A stretch of DNA of 64,000 nucleotides, from assembly GCA_965219955.1 (NCBI GenBank), contig OZ244799.1:1376001-1440000 (forward strand). The letters are read 5' to 3'. The position numbers and the translations under genes are program-made. This document shows, piece after piece, positions 47,625-55,901 of the stretch. Below the pieces are notes generated by a model. That model worked only from the letters and a program-made list of their open reading frames with translations, was not told where the DNA came from and ran no database searches. Each line of letters starts with the position of its first letter. Position 1 is the first letter of the stretch. This DNA comes from a bacterium. Lineage in GTDB: Bacteria; UBA8248.

Positions 47625-48530
47625 ATGCGAGAAGGCGGCCGGGCTGCAAGAGTTATCGCCGTTCTGGCGGTGCTCCTGGCGCTTGCAGGCTGCGCGAACA
47701 TCCGCGCCCTCTTCCTGCCCAAAGAAGAAAAGAAGCCGGCGCTTGAAACAAAACGACCGCGGATGAAAAAAGCAGAAGACCCTCATTTTTTCCGCGTCCT
47801 GACGCTTCCCACTTACGACTTGGCGAAAGAGGCGTATGACAAGACGGCCATCCTCGGGATTCCCTTCCGCAAGGTGGCCCTCGAGTTCAGGGATAAGGCG
47901 GTCGCCGTCCGCAAGGCCGAGCCCTCGGAGTTCAGCGTCGGCGTCCGGGCCGAGGTGCAGGATTTGAAACTCGGCGCCACGTCGAGAATCATCGAGTCGG
48001 ACGAGGGATTTTCGATTCTCCAGAAAACGACAAGCGCGCATTACGAACGCGCGCTGAAACTCATGGAGAAGAAAAAAGACGAGGCCGCGCTTGCGCTCAT
48101 CCGCCGCGATCTCGAGATCAACCCCGGAAACGTGGACGCCTGGCTCGCCCTGGCGAAGATGATGGACGAGGCGGGCGATCTGGAGGAGACGCTCGCCGCG
48201 TACGGGAAAGCCCGCGAACTCGACCCCGGGAACCCGGCCGTCTCCAACAGGTACGCCAGATACCTGGTCTCCCAGTACCGCTACGAAGAGGCGGAGGAAA
48301 TACTGAGAGACGCGGAGAAAAAATCGCCCGAGGACACGGGCGTGCTCCTGAACCTCGCCTCCCTGCTCGTCTACCTGAACAAGGAGCCGGAATTCGCCTC
48401 GCGCCTCATCGATCGCGGCTCCAGAATCGACCCCGGCCGCGCGGAATGGTACCGCCTCTCGGGCGTGATTCGGAAACGAAGGGAACTCGGCATCGCGCCG
48501 AAAGCGGAGGGAACAAATCAGAAACCGTAG
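47625..48530 (+). CDS. TPR-repeat lipoprotein with parvulin-like N-terminal domain
   Basis: Lipobox LAGC; TPR helices (INPGNVDAWLALA, AYGKARELDPGN); LKLGATSRIIESDEGFSIL resembles a PpiC C-terminus. Confidence 0.72.
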   Translation: MREGGRAARVIAVLAVLLALAGCANIRALFLPKEEKKPALETKRPRMKKAEDPHFFRVLTLPTYDLAKEAYDKTAILGIPFRKVALEFRDKAVAVRKAEPSEFSVGVRAEVQDLKLGATSRIIESDEGFSILQKTTSAHYERALKLMEKKKDEAALALIRRDLEINPGNVDAWLALAKMMDEAGDLEETLAAYGKARELDPGNPAVSNRYARYLVSQYRYEEAEEILRDAEKKSPEDTGVLLNLASLLVYLNKEPEFASRLIDRGSRIDPGRAEWYRLSGVIRKRRELGIAPKAEGTNQKP

Positions 48531-48550
48531 GGACAGGTCGCGACCTGTCC
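48527..48550. repeat. GTAG-type REP overlapping a stop codon
   Basis: GTAGGGACAGGTCGCGACCTGTCC; its TAG is the stop codon of the TPR gene. Confidence 0.7.
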
Positions 48551-48598
48551 GGCACGCTCCTTTTTGAAGGTAGTTGCCGATCTGGAAAGAAGGAAATT

Positions 48599-48998
48599 AA
48601 CTCCCCTCTTGGGGGGTTGTTGAAAAAGTCATCCTTGGTCGGAATTGACCACCGCCGTCATTCCGGCGAAAGCCGGAATCCATTTTGACTTTTCACCCGA
48701 CGGGGCGGCCACGACTTTGTTGTCGCGCGGTGTCCGGATGCGGAATGCAGAGGATACGCCTTTCGTTTTTGTGTTCGATTCCGACCCTCCCCGTCCGGGC
48801 TTAAAGACGTCCGAACGAGGAGGCGAAAAGACAAAGGCGAAAATGGATTCCGGCTTTCGCCGGAATGACGAACAAAACCTCACCGTCTCACAGGGACAGG
48901 TCGCGGACCTGTCCCTACGGGAAAACACGTCTCCCTGCCAAACCCCCAATCCCCCTTGTCAGGGGGATTTTTTCAACAGGCCCCTCAAGGGGGGAGTT
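48599..48998. mobile_element. Composite element E4: family-C ends + inverted E1-type shell + long cassette + GTAG palindrome
   Basis: AACTCCCCTCTTG / CAAGGGGGGAGTT outside; GGGGTTGTTGAAAAAGTC (48613) / GATTTTTTCAACAGGCCC (48983); arms 48656-48870; AGGGACAGGTCGCGGACCTGTCCCTAC at 48892-48918. Confidence 0.85.
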
Positions 48999-49199
48999 GA
49001 TTAGAAATTCTCTTTGGTGGAGAGAGATGCTGTAGATTACGCACACCGGGTTTTAGAAACCTGCACCTGTCGAGAAACCCTCGTTGCTCAGTCGGGTTTC
49101 ACCCCTTGGCCCCCTACGCTCTTATGCGTCATAATGCCCTCTGTTCTCGAACCACGCGAAGTTTCAAGCCGACACGCCAATTCATAAGAGGGCAACCGC

Positions 49200-50552
49200 A
49201 TGAGCGCCGAGCTTTTGATCAAGAACGCGAAAATCGTGACGCCGACCGACACCTACGAGGGCTGCGTCTATGTTGATGAGGGGCGGATCGCCGCCATCAC
49301 GCATAAGGCCGAGGCGAATGCCGCGCGCGAAATCGACGCCGCGGGCCGATACCTCCTGCCGGGCATGGTGGACGAGCACGTCCACATGATGGACCCGGGC
49401 TTCACCGACCGGGAGGACTGGACGACGGGCACCGAGGCGGCGGCCCGGGGCGGCATCACCACCGTGATCGACCACCACCGGAGCGACCCGCTCGTCTACA
49501 CGCGGGAGATTCTCGAAGACAAGACGGCCTACGTCGACTCGCGCTCGGTGGTGGATTTCGGCCAGTTGGGCGGCCTCGACGTCGACAACCTGGAACACCT
49601 GCGCCCCATGTGGGAGGGCGGCGCGCTGGGCTTCAAGGGCTTCATGTGCGATCTGCACGGCGTGCCTGACCTCTCCGAAGGCGTATTGTTGAACATCATG
49701 CGCGAGGTCAAATCCTTCGGCGGCACGGTGATGCTGCACTGCGAGAGCGACTCCATTCTCCGGAAATCGAAAGAAAAGATCGACGCCGATAACCGGACGG
49801 ACTACATGTGCATCAGCGACTGGCGAAACCCCGAGAGCGAGTACGTGGCGACGCTCGACGCCGTGGCGCTCGCCGAACTCACGGGCTGCAAGGTGCTGGT
49901 GGCGCACGTGAGCCAGCCCGTTCTGCTCGAAGCCATCCAGGCTGCGCGCGGGCGCGGCGCGAGAATTTTTGCCGAAAGCTGCCCCCAGTATTTCTATCTC
50001 GACCATTCGCACCTGGAAGAACTGGGGCCGTTCGTCAAGTTCACGCCGGTCATCCGCTCCGCCGAGACGCGCGACGGCATGCGCGTGGCGCTCGGGCGCG
50101 GCATGGTGGACACCATCGGCACCGACCACTGCCCCTTCCCCCGCCAGCGGAAGGTGGACGGGCTCGAGAACATCCACGACGCGCCCTTCGGGATACCGGG
50201 CGTGGAGACCACGGTGCGCCTGATGCTGAACGCCGTGAGCGAAGGCGTGCTGACGCTGAACCAGATGGTGCGGGTCTGCTGCGATCAGCCCGCGCGCGTC
50301 TTCAACATCCACCCCCGCAAGGGGTGCATCCAGGTGGGCGCGGATGCGGACTTCATCGTCGTGGACATGGAGCAGGAAGAGACGCTGCGCGATGAGGACA
50401 TCGTCTCCAAGTGCAAGTGGACGCCGTTCAACGGGTGGACGATGAAGGGCGCGCCCGTGATGACGCTCGTGCGCGGCCAAGTCGTGATGGAGGACGGCGA
50501 GGTGACAGGAAGGGCGGGGTACGGCGAGACCGTCGAGCGCCCGGGGGGGTGA
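49200..50552 (+). CDS. Cyclic amidohydrolase (allantoinase/dihydroorotase/hydantoinase family)
   Basis: PGMVDEHVH, AAARGGITT, GFKGF, HCE, HVS, GTDHCP. Confidence 0.9.
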   Translation: MSAELLIKNAKIVTPTDTYEGCVYVDEGRIAAITHKAEANAAREIDAAGRYLLPGMVDEHVHMMDPGFTDREDWTTGTEAAARGGITTVIDHHRSDPLVYTREILEDKTAYVDSRSVVDFGQLGGLDVDNLEHLRPMWEGGALGFKGFMCDLHGVPDLSEGVLLNIMREVKSFGGTVMLHCESDSILRKSKEKIDADNRTDYMCISDWRNPESEYVATLDAVALAELTGCKVLVAHVSQPVLLEAIQAARGRGARIFAESCPQYFYLDHSHLEELGPFVKFTPVIRSAETRDGMRVALGRGMVDTIGTDHCPFPRQRKVDGLENIHDAPFGIPGVETTVRLMLNAVSEGVLTLNQMVRVCCDQPARVFNIHPRKGCIQVGADADFIVVDMEQEETLRDEDIVSKCKWTPFNGWTMKGAPVMTLVRGQVVMEDGEVTGRAGYGETVERPGG

Positions 50553-50662
50553 GGGGCGGCATCGAGGGAGCGAATTCAGGGTTTGCAGGCAGGGGCGAAT
50601 CCGCGTGTCCGCTTCGACAAATTACGACCCCTCCTTCCACGCACAACAATTCCTTTTTCTCC

Positions 50663-50855
50663 GGGTCTGTTGAAAAACCCTCTCCGCCTCATCCTGAGTA
50701 GCGGCGGAGCCGCGTATCGAAGGATGCCTCTCGCCCGGCGTGAGGCATTCGACTCCCCTCGCCCTTCGATACGCCGCCTTCGGCGGCTACTCAGGGTGAG
50801 GAAAAAGGCGTTTGCGATTTGCAGGGTTCGCAAACGAAACTTTTTCAGCATCCCC
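50663..50855. mobile_element. MITE-like element E5: TIR shell carrying a family-D doublet
   Basis: GGGTCTGTTGAAAAA / TTTTTCAGCATCCCC; family-D arms spanning 50687-50801. Confidence 0.78.
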
Positions 50856-50965
50856 TCTTCAGTCCAGATTGATCCGCCTCAAGGCGCACTCCCGATGCGA
50901 ATCATGTCCGCCGGAGGGGCGCAATTGCCCGCATTTGCGCTTGCCGGAAGCCGGTCGCGAGCGGC

Positions 50966-50994
50966 TTGGCAGCGGCATTCTCCTCTCCTATGAT
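50966..50994 (+). promoter_or_regulatory. sigma70-type promoter
   Basis: TTGGCA-17 bp-TATGAT upstream of the CNNM gene. Confidence 0.55.
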
Positions 50995-51037
50995 CCGGGT
51001 TCCCTGCTGTCTCGACATCCTGAAACGGAGGAACGAC

Positions 51038-52291
51038 ATGACGGTGCTTTTGATTGTGGCGGGACTCACGGTTCTGCTTTCGTGTATGTGTTCGCTCTTC
51101 GAGGCCACGCTGTACTCCACCCGCCTCGGGACGCTCGAGGCCGAGAAGGCCACGGGCAGATACGCGCGCCGCGCCGACCGGCTCATCGCCATGAAGACGA
51201 ACATCGTCCGGCCGACCTCCGCGATCCTGGTGCTCAATACGTTCGCGAACACGGCCGGCGCCACGATCTGCGGGATGTACGCCGCCCAGCTGATGGGCGC
51301 AGGCTGGGTGCCGGTGTTTTCCGTCGGCCTGACCGTCGTCATCCTGTTCGCGGGAGAGATACTGCCCAAGACCTACGGGGCCACCCACTGGCGCACCACA
51401 TGGCCGTGGATCGTCTTGCCGCTCGCGCTGATGCAGACCGTCCTTTCGCCGATCATCCGGATCACCCAGGGGTTCGCGCGCCGCTTCGCCGGCGACTCGA
51501 ACGTAACGCCGGTCACAGAGGACGAGATTCAGGCCGACATGCGGCTGGGGAAGGAGGCCGGCGAACTCACCACCTCGGAGCTCCAGCTTCTCAGCGCGGT
51601 GTTTCGTTTCGACGATATGCTGACGCGCCAGGTGATGCTCCCGCGCCGGGACGTCGCGTTCCTGGATTCGCAGTGGCCGATCGAGAAGTGCCTGGCCGTC
51701 ATCAAGGAAACGCGCCACACCCGGTTCCCGTTGTGCGCGGGCTCGCTGGACGAGGCGATCGGGCTGATCCACGTCAAGGACCTGCTGGGCATCGTCGACG
51801 GCACGACGGACACGCTCAAATCCCTGGCGCGGCCTCTTCACCATGTTCCCGAAACCCTGCCGCTCAACCGCCTGCTCCGAGAGATGCAGCACACCCGGCA
51901 GCACATGGCGTTGGTCGACGACGAGTTCGGGACGGTCGTCGGCGTCATCACCCTGGAAAACATCATCGAGCAGATCGTCGGCTCCGTGCAGGACGAGTTC
52001 GACAACGAGTCGCCGGACATCGTGCCGGAAGGAGCCAACGTATTCATCGTGCGCGGCCTGTTGCCCATTGAGAGGGTGAACCGGGAGCTGGGTCTCGACT
52101 TGTATGCGCCCGACGTGGATACGCTGTCGGGTCTGCTGGTCAGCCGCATGAACCGGCTGCTCAGGACCGGCGACCGGATCCGGCTTCGAGGCGCTCTCGC
52201 CGAGGTCGTCGAGGAGGAAGACGGACGGGCGACCAAAGTTCGCATCCGTATTTTCGACGGCGAAGAAGACGAGGAGACGGCGGCGGAGTAG
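51038..52291 (+). CDS. CNNM/CorB (hemolysin-family) protein: DUF21 + CBS pair + CorC domain
   Basis: CSLFEA, AILVLNT, GEILPK, HTRFP, VDDEFGTVVGVITLENIIEQIVG, DEFD, DTLSG; GGAGG RBS. Confidence 0.92.
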   Translation: MTVLLIVAGLTVLLSCMCSLFEATLYSTRLGTLEAEKATGRYARRADRLIAMKTNIVRPTSAILVLNTFANTAGATICGMYAAQLMGAGWVPVFSVGLTVVILFAGEILPKTYGATHWRTTWPWIVLPLALMQTVLSPIIRITQGFARRFAGDSNVTPVTEDEIQADMRLGKEAGELTTSELQLLSAVFRFDDMLTRQVMLPRRDVAFLDSQWPIEKCLAVIKETRHTRFPLCAGSLDEAIGLIHVKDLLGIVDGTTDTLKSLARPLHHVPETLPLNRLLREMQHTRQHMALVDDEFGTVVGVITLENIIEQIVGSVQDEFDNESPDIVPEGANVFIVRGLLPIERVNRELGLDLYAPDVDTLSGLLVSRMNRLLRTGDRIRLRGALAEVVEEEDGRATKVRIRIFDGEEDEETAAE

Positions 52292-52450
52292 AACGAACCC
52301 CACCCTGCCCTTCAGAGGACGCCATAGCAAGAGACGACATGGCAGGTGGTTCGACTACGAAAGCCTCCCTTCCCGGACGGCGCTCCCCTCCTGGCCCTTC
52401 AGGTATGACTCTATTCAGAGCATGTTCTCCGTGTGGATTTCGCAAGAAAG

Positions 52451-52775
52451 AAGGGCGCAATTCCCCGCATTTTCGGCGGGTGGATGCTGAGGCAACCGGG
52501 TATCCTGACGGGTTGATTCAAAACCTGAAAGACTTCTGGAATTTCCGTAAAATTAGATAAATTCAGATAAATTCAGATAAATTCACGGGGTTTTTCGATA
52601 AATTTCTTAGAATTTTCGAGGGGAAATGCGGGATTTTGCGGGGAATTACGGGGCCTGAAAGTGCGCCAATGCGGGGAACCGCGCGGGCTGAATTCTCCCT
52701 TACGCAGAAACTTCGTGAGGATACCACGGCCCGGAAGGCGTGCGCGCGGCGGCAAATGCGGGGAAATGCGCGCTT
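52451..52775. repeat. Inverted-repeat-bounded element with 10-bp tandem repeats and phased A-tracts
   Basis: AAGGGCGCAATTCCCCGCATTT / AAATGCGGGGAAATGCGCGCTT (20/22 complementary); (AGATAAATTC)x3 at 52555-52584. Confidence 0.7.
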
Positions 52776-52847
52776 GCTCGGGACGGCGCCCGATACGCCG
52801 GAGCCCGTTCGTGCGCCCGATTCGTTTTGCCCGGTAACCTGTTGAAG

Positions 52848-53891
52848 TTACTTGCGTTTTTTCTCCGACTCCAGGAGCTTTCTCTTGCGCTCCACGCCCC
52901 AGCGATAGCCTGCGAGGGAGCCGTCCGCCCGGACCGCCCGGTGGCAGGGCACCAGCAGCGCCACCGGATTCCGGGCGCAAGCGCTTCCCACCGCCCGCGC
53001 GCCTTTCGGGAGGCCAAGATCTACAGCAATATCTTTATAACTCATTGTTTTTCCGTGAGGAATGTCCTTGAGCCGCTCCCAGACGCGGCACTGGAAAGCG
53101 CTGGCGCGCACGTCGAGCGGCAAGGATTCAGACGGGGTATCTCCTTCGGCGAGACGCGCGACGATATTCAAGTATGCCTTTAACTGATCATCGCTACGTC
53201 TACGATTCGAATGGGGATATTCGTTCTTCAGATCGGTGATGAGTTCGCCGGCCGTATCCGCGATGCTCACGCGGCACACGCCCTTCTCCGTAGCCGCCAC
53301 CAGCAGCCTGCCCAGCCTGCAAGAGGTGATTCCGTAGCGTATCGAGACACCCTCCCCGCCCTTCTTGTAGGTCGCCGGCGTCATGCCCAGGTAGCGCGAT
53401 GCGCCCTCGTACACCCCCCTGCTCGAACCGTAGCCGGCCTCGTAGCCGGCGCCCGCCAGGTCGCGCCCGTTTTTGAGTAAATCCTTGTATTTCTGGGCCT
53501 TAAGGGATTCGAGATACCGGCGGGGGCTCACGCCCAAAGCCCTCTTGAAGCTTCGCTGCAGGTGGTGGGGACTTGCGCCCACACTCCGTCCCAGCACTGC
53601 AAGAGTCGGGCTTTCATCGGCATGTTCTTCGAGATAGCGAACGGCTTTTCTCACCTTCTCCAGACGTGGATCGTAGCCCGCATCCTGCGGCGCGCACCGC
53701 AGGCAGGGCCTGAAGCCGCGCGCTTCGGCCATTTCCGGGAATTCGAATATCAACACGTTGTTTTTCCTGGGCTTCCGGCTTGCGCAAGAAGGGCGGCAGT
53801 AGATTCCGGTGGAGCGAACGGCGTATACGAAACGTCCATCCGCCTTTACGTCCCGCTTGAGAACCGCTTCCCACTGAGCGTTCATGTTCAC
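52848..53891 (-). CDS. ada: Bifunctional transcriptional activator / O6-methylguanine-DNA methyltransferase Ada
   Basis: TGIYCRPSC, RPCLRC, AraC-type HTH, PCHR active site; start GTG 53891 or ATG 53885. Confidence 0.96.
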   Translation of the reverse strand: MNMNAQWEAVLKRDVKADGRFVYAVRSTGIYCRPSCASRKPRKNNVLIFEFPEMAEARGFRPCLRCAPQDAGYDPRLEKVRKAVRYLEEHADESPTLAVLGRSVGASPHHLQRSFKRALGVSPRRYLESLKAQKYKDLLKNGRDLAGAGYEAGYGSSRGVYEGASRYLGMTPATYKKGGEGVSIRYGITSCRLGRLLVAATEKGVCRVSIADTAGELITDLKNEYPHSNRRRSDDQLKAYLNIVARLAEGDTPSESLPLDVRASAFQCRVWERLKDIPHGKTMSYKDIAVDLGLPKGARAVGSACARNPVALLVPCHRAVRADGSLAGYRWGVERKRKLLESEKKRK

Positions 53892-53971
53892 TTTCCAACC
53901 TCCTCAAAAGACGTGAGCGATTGCATATTCATTCATAATGTAACCGCAACGCCGGGAGCCTTCTATCCGAT

Positions 53972-53986
53972 TCTTGCTGTCAAATC
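53972..53986 (-). promoter_or_regulatory. Ada-box-like site
   Basis: GAT-TTGACA-GCAAGA upstream of ada, compared with E. coli AAT-N6-GCAA(GA). Confidence 0.45.
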
Positions 53987-54056
53987 AGATTTCCGGTTCC
54001 GAGGGATGGAAGTTTAACTGAATAAAATTCAAATAGATACAAGGGCAATCTTAATC

Positions 54057-55733
54057 TTATATACCCGCCCGGAAAACGATTTTCCCTCCGACCATCGTGA
54101 GCAAGGGCTTGATGTCCTTGATTTGATCTTCGGGAATCGTCATGTAATCGCGGTCGAGCACGACGAGGTCGGCCAGCTTGCCCTTTTCGATGGAGCCCAG
54201 CTCATTTTCCTTGAAAAGCAGGTATGCGTTCGAGCGCGTGTGTGCGATTAACGCTTGTTTTCTCGAAACGGTCTCGGCCTGCGAAAGCGCCCTCTCCCCG
54301 CCTAAATCCATGCCCGTCACGGCCCACCAAAGCGATAGCATGGGCGGATACGGAGCCACGGCCCCGGCGTCCGTGCCGAGTCCCCAGATGACTCCGCTGT
54401 TTTGTATTGTCCGCAAAGGCGGCAGTGAGAGGGCTCGCTCTCCATATCGTCGCCTCAGGGCGGAACCAAGAATCGTCATCTTGCTGTGGAGGGCAAAAGT
54501 CATCCCGAGCGCCTTGGCGCGCTCGATATTTCTCTTCGTGATGAAATCCGCATGGTGGATCGACCAGCGAAGTTTCGTGATGTCTTTTCTCTGATTTATC
54601 TTCTCGAAAATATCCAGGTACCGCGTGATCGTCGTGTCGCGAAAGGCGTGTTCATGAATCGTCCATCCCCCGTCTGCGGCCGCCCGGGAAACCTTTGCAA
54701 ATTCTGCGTAATCCTCATCCGGGAACCTGGAGGGCCTGAACGCCGAATCGTGGATGGGCGCATACATATGCTCCCCGAGCGCGATATTCCCCATCATTTT
54801 GGCGGATTTATCTGGACGGGATTTTCGAATGCGCTCAATCACTCTTTTGTTCGCCTCAGGAGAACGAACCCGGAAGCGAGGCGTGTGAAATATCCTCAGC
54901 GTGAGACCATCGTTATCAGCCAGTCTTCTCCTGATCAACTCGTATGTCGCATCCCGGACCCCGCCACCACCCAGCTCGAGCAGACTCGTTACGCCGGCGC
55001 GGTTGAAGTCCGCCATCAGCTTCTTGAGGCCTGATATGGTTTTGTCGTCCGTAATTCCCGGCAGTTCACGCCGCCAGAACCTAAAAATGGCCCGACGTCC
55101 ATGAATGACGCCCGTGGGAGCGCCGGACTCGTTTCTGGCTATCCGCCAACCCCTCGGCGCTTCGAAATTCTCATCGATGCCCGCCTTCTCGAGAGCCAGG
55201 CTGTTCAGAATCATGAACCGGTATGATTGCTGGATGAATACCGGATTGTCCGGGGCGGCCCTGTCCAGTTCCGCCTTCGTGAACAATCCCGGCTTGTCGC
55301 GAAACTGGCCTGGGCTCCACCCGCCGATGATGAGGAGCCACTCCCCGCGTTTCAGCGATTTCGCCTTGGCGGAAATGATGGACAGGGCTTTGCTGCGGGA
55401 GGTAACCCCGTCAATTCTTGCCTCATGCTCCCAGCGCAGCGCATGGCGGATGAAATGCACGTGGTTGTCAATCAAGCCTGGAATAATCGTTTTGCCTTGC
55501 AGATCAATCACTTTCGTTTTCGAATCTATAAATTGCTTTATCCGGGAATTATCCCCTACAGACAAAATGCGTTCGCCCTGAACAGCCACGGCCTGTTGGG
55601 CGGAAAAACTCGCATCGACGGTTAAAGCTTTCCCGTTCACCAGGGCGACATCTGCAGATTGGGCAAATACAGGAAGCGGGAGAACCCCCAAAGCCACGAA
55701 AATGATTGCGAATACTCTAATTTTCAGAATCAT
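54057..55733 (-). CDS. Exported amidohydrolase 3 family protein (YtcJ-like)
   Basis: Signal peptide ending VFA-Q, PGLIDNHVH, LNSLAL, EHA, GTD, GSIEKGKLADLVVLD. Confidence 0.88.
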   Translation of the reverse strand: MILKIRVFAIIFVALGVLPLPVFAQSADVALVNGKALTVDASFSAQQAVAVQGERILSVGDNSRIKQFIDSKTKVIDLQGKTIIPGLIDNHVHFIRHALRWEHEARIDGVTSRSKALSIISAKAKSLKRGEWLLIIGGWSPGQFRDKPGLFTKAELDRAAPDNPVFIQQSYRFMILNSLALEKAGIDENFEAPRGWRIARNESGAPTGVIHGRRAIFRFWRRELPGITDDKTISGLKKLMADFNRAGVTSLLELGGGGVRDATYELIRRRLADNDGLTLRIFHTPRFRVRSPEANKRVIERIRKSRPDKSAKMMGNIALGEHMYAPIHDSAFRPSRFPDEDYAEFAKVSRAAADGGWTIHEHAFRDTTITRYLDIFEKINQRKDITKLRWSIHHADFITKRNIERAKALGMTFALHSKMTILGSALRRRYGERALSLPPLRTIQNSGVIWGLGTDAGAVAPYPPMLSLWWAVTGMDLGGERALSQAETVSRKQALIAHTRSNAYLLFKENELGSIEKGKLADLVVLDRDYMTIPEDQIKDIKPLLTMVGGKIVFRAGI

Positions 55734-55901
55734 ACGTTCCCCTCGGATTCCAATAACCATTCTTTATAAATCATCAAAAAATCAAGGATGAAATACTCCT
55801 GTGATGGTGATAACATATTCACCCGAATCACCATTTACGGCAAATGCGAGCAAATGCGTAGTCGGAGAGATGGTAATTCTCACTGCCGAGGAGAATCAAG
55901 A

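Noticed and set aside
33244-49004. Small ORFs over the repeats (e.g. 33244-33579, 38853-39053, 42790-43098, 48645-49004, with VIPAKAGIH / MDSGFRRND peptides)
   Set aside because: Translations of the palindromic arms in several frames; no RBS or coding signal.
33277-50855. Repeats as a CRISPR array
   Set aside because: Copies are inverted pairs dispersed kilobases apart, not direct repeats with uniform unique spacers; no cas genes.
52335-52375. GGTGGTTCGACT as a tRNA T-arm fragment
   Set aside because: No complementary T-stem, acceptor stem or cloverleaf.
52540-52660. AT-rich repeats as an oriC unwinding element
   Set aside because: No DnaA boxes (TTATCCACA-like) seen nearby and no dnaA/gidA context.
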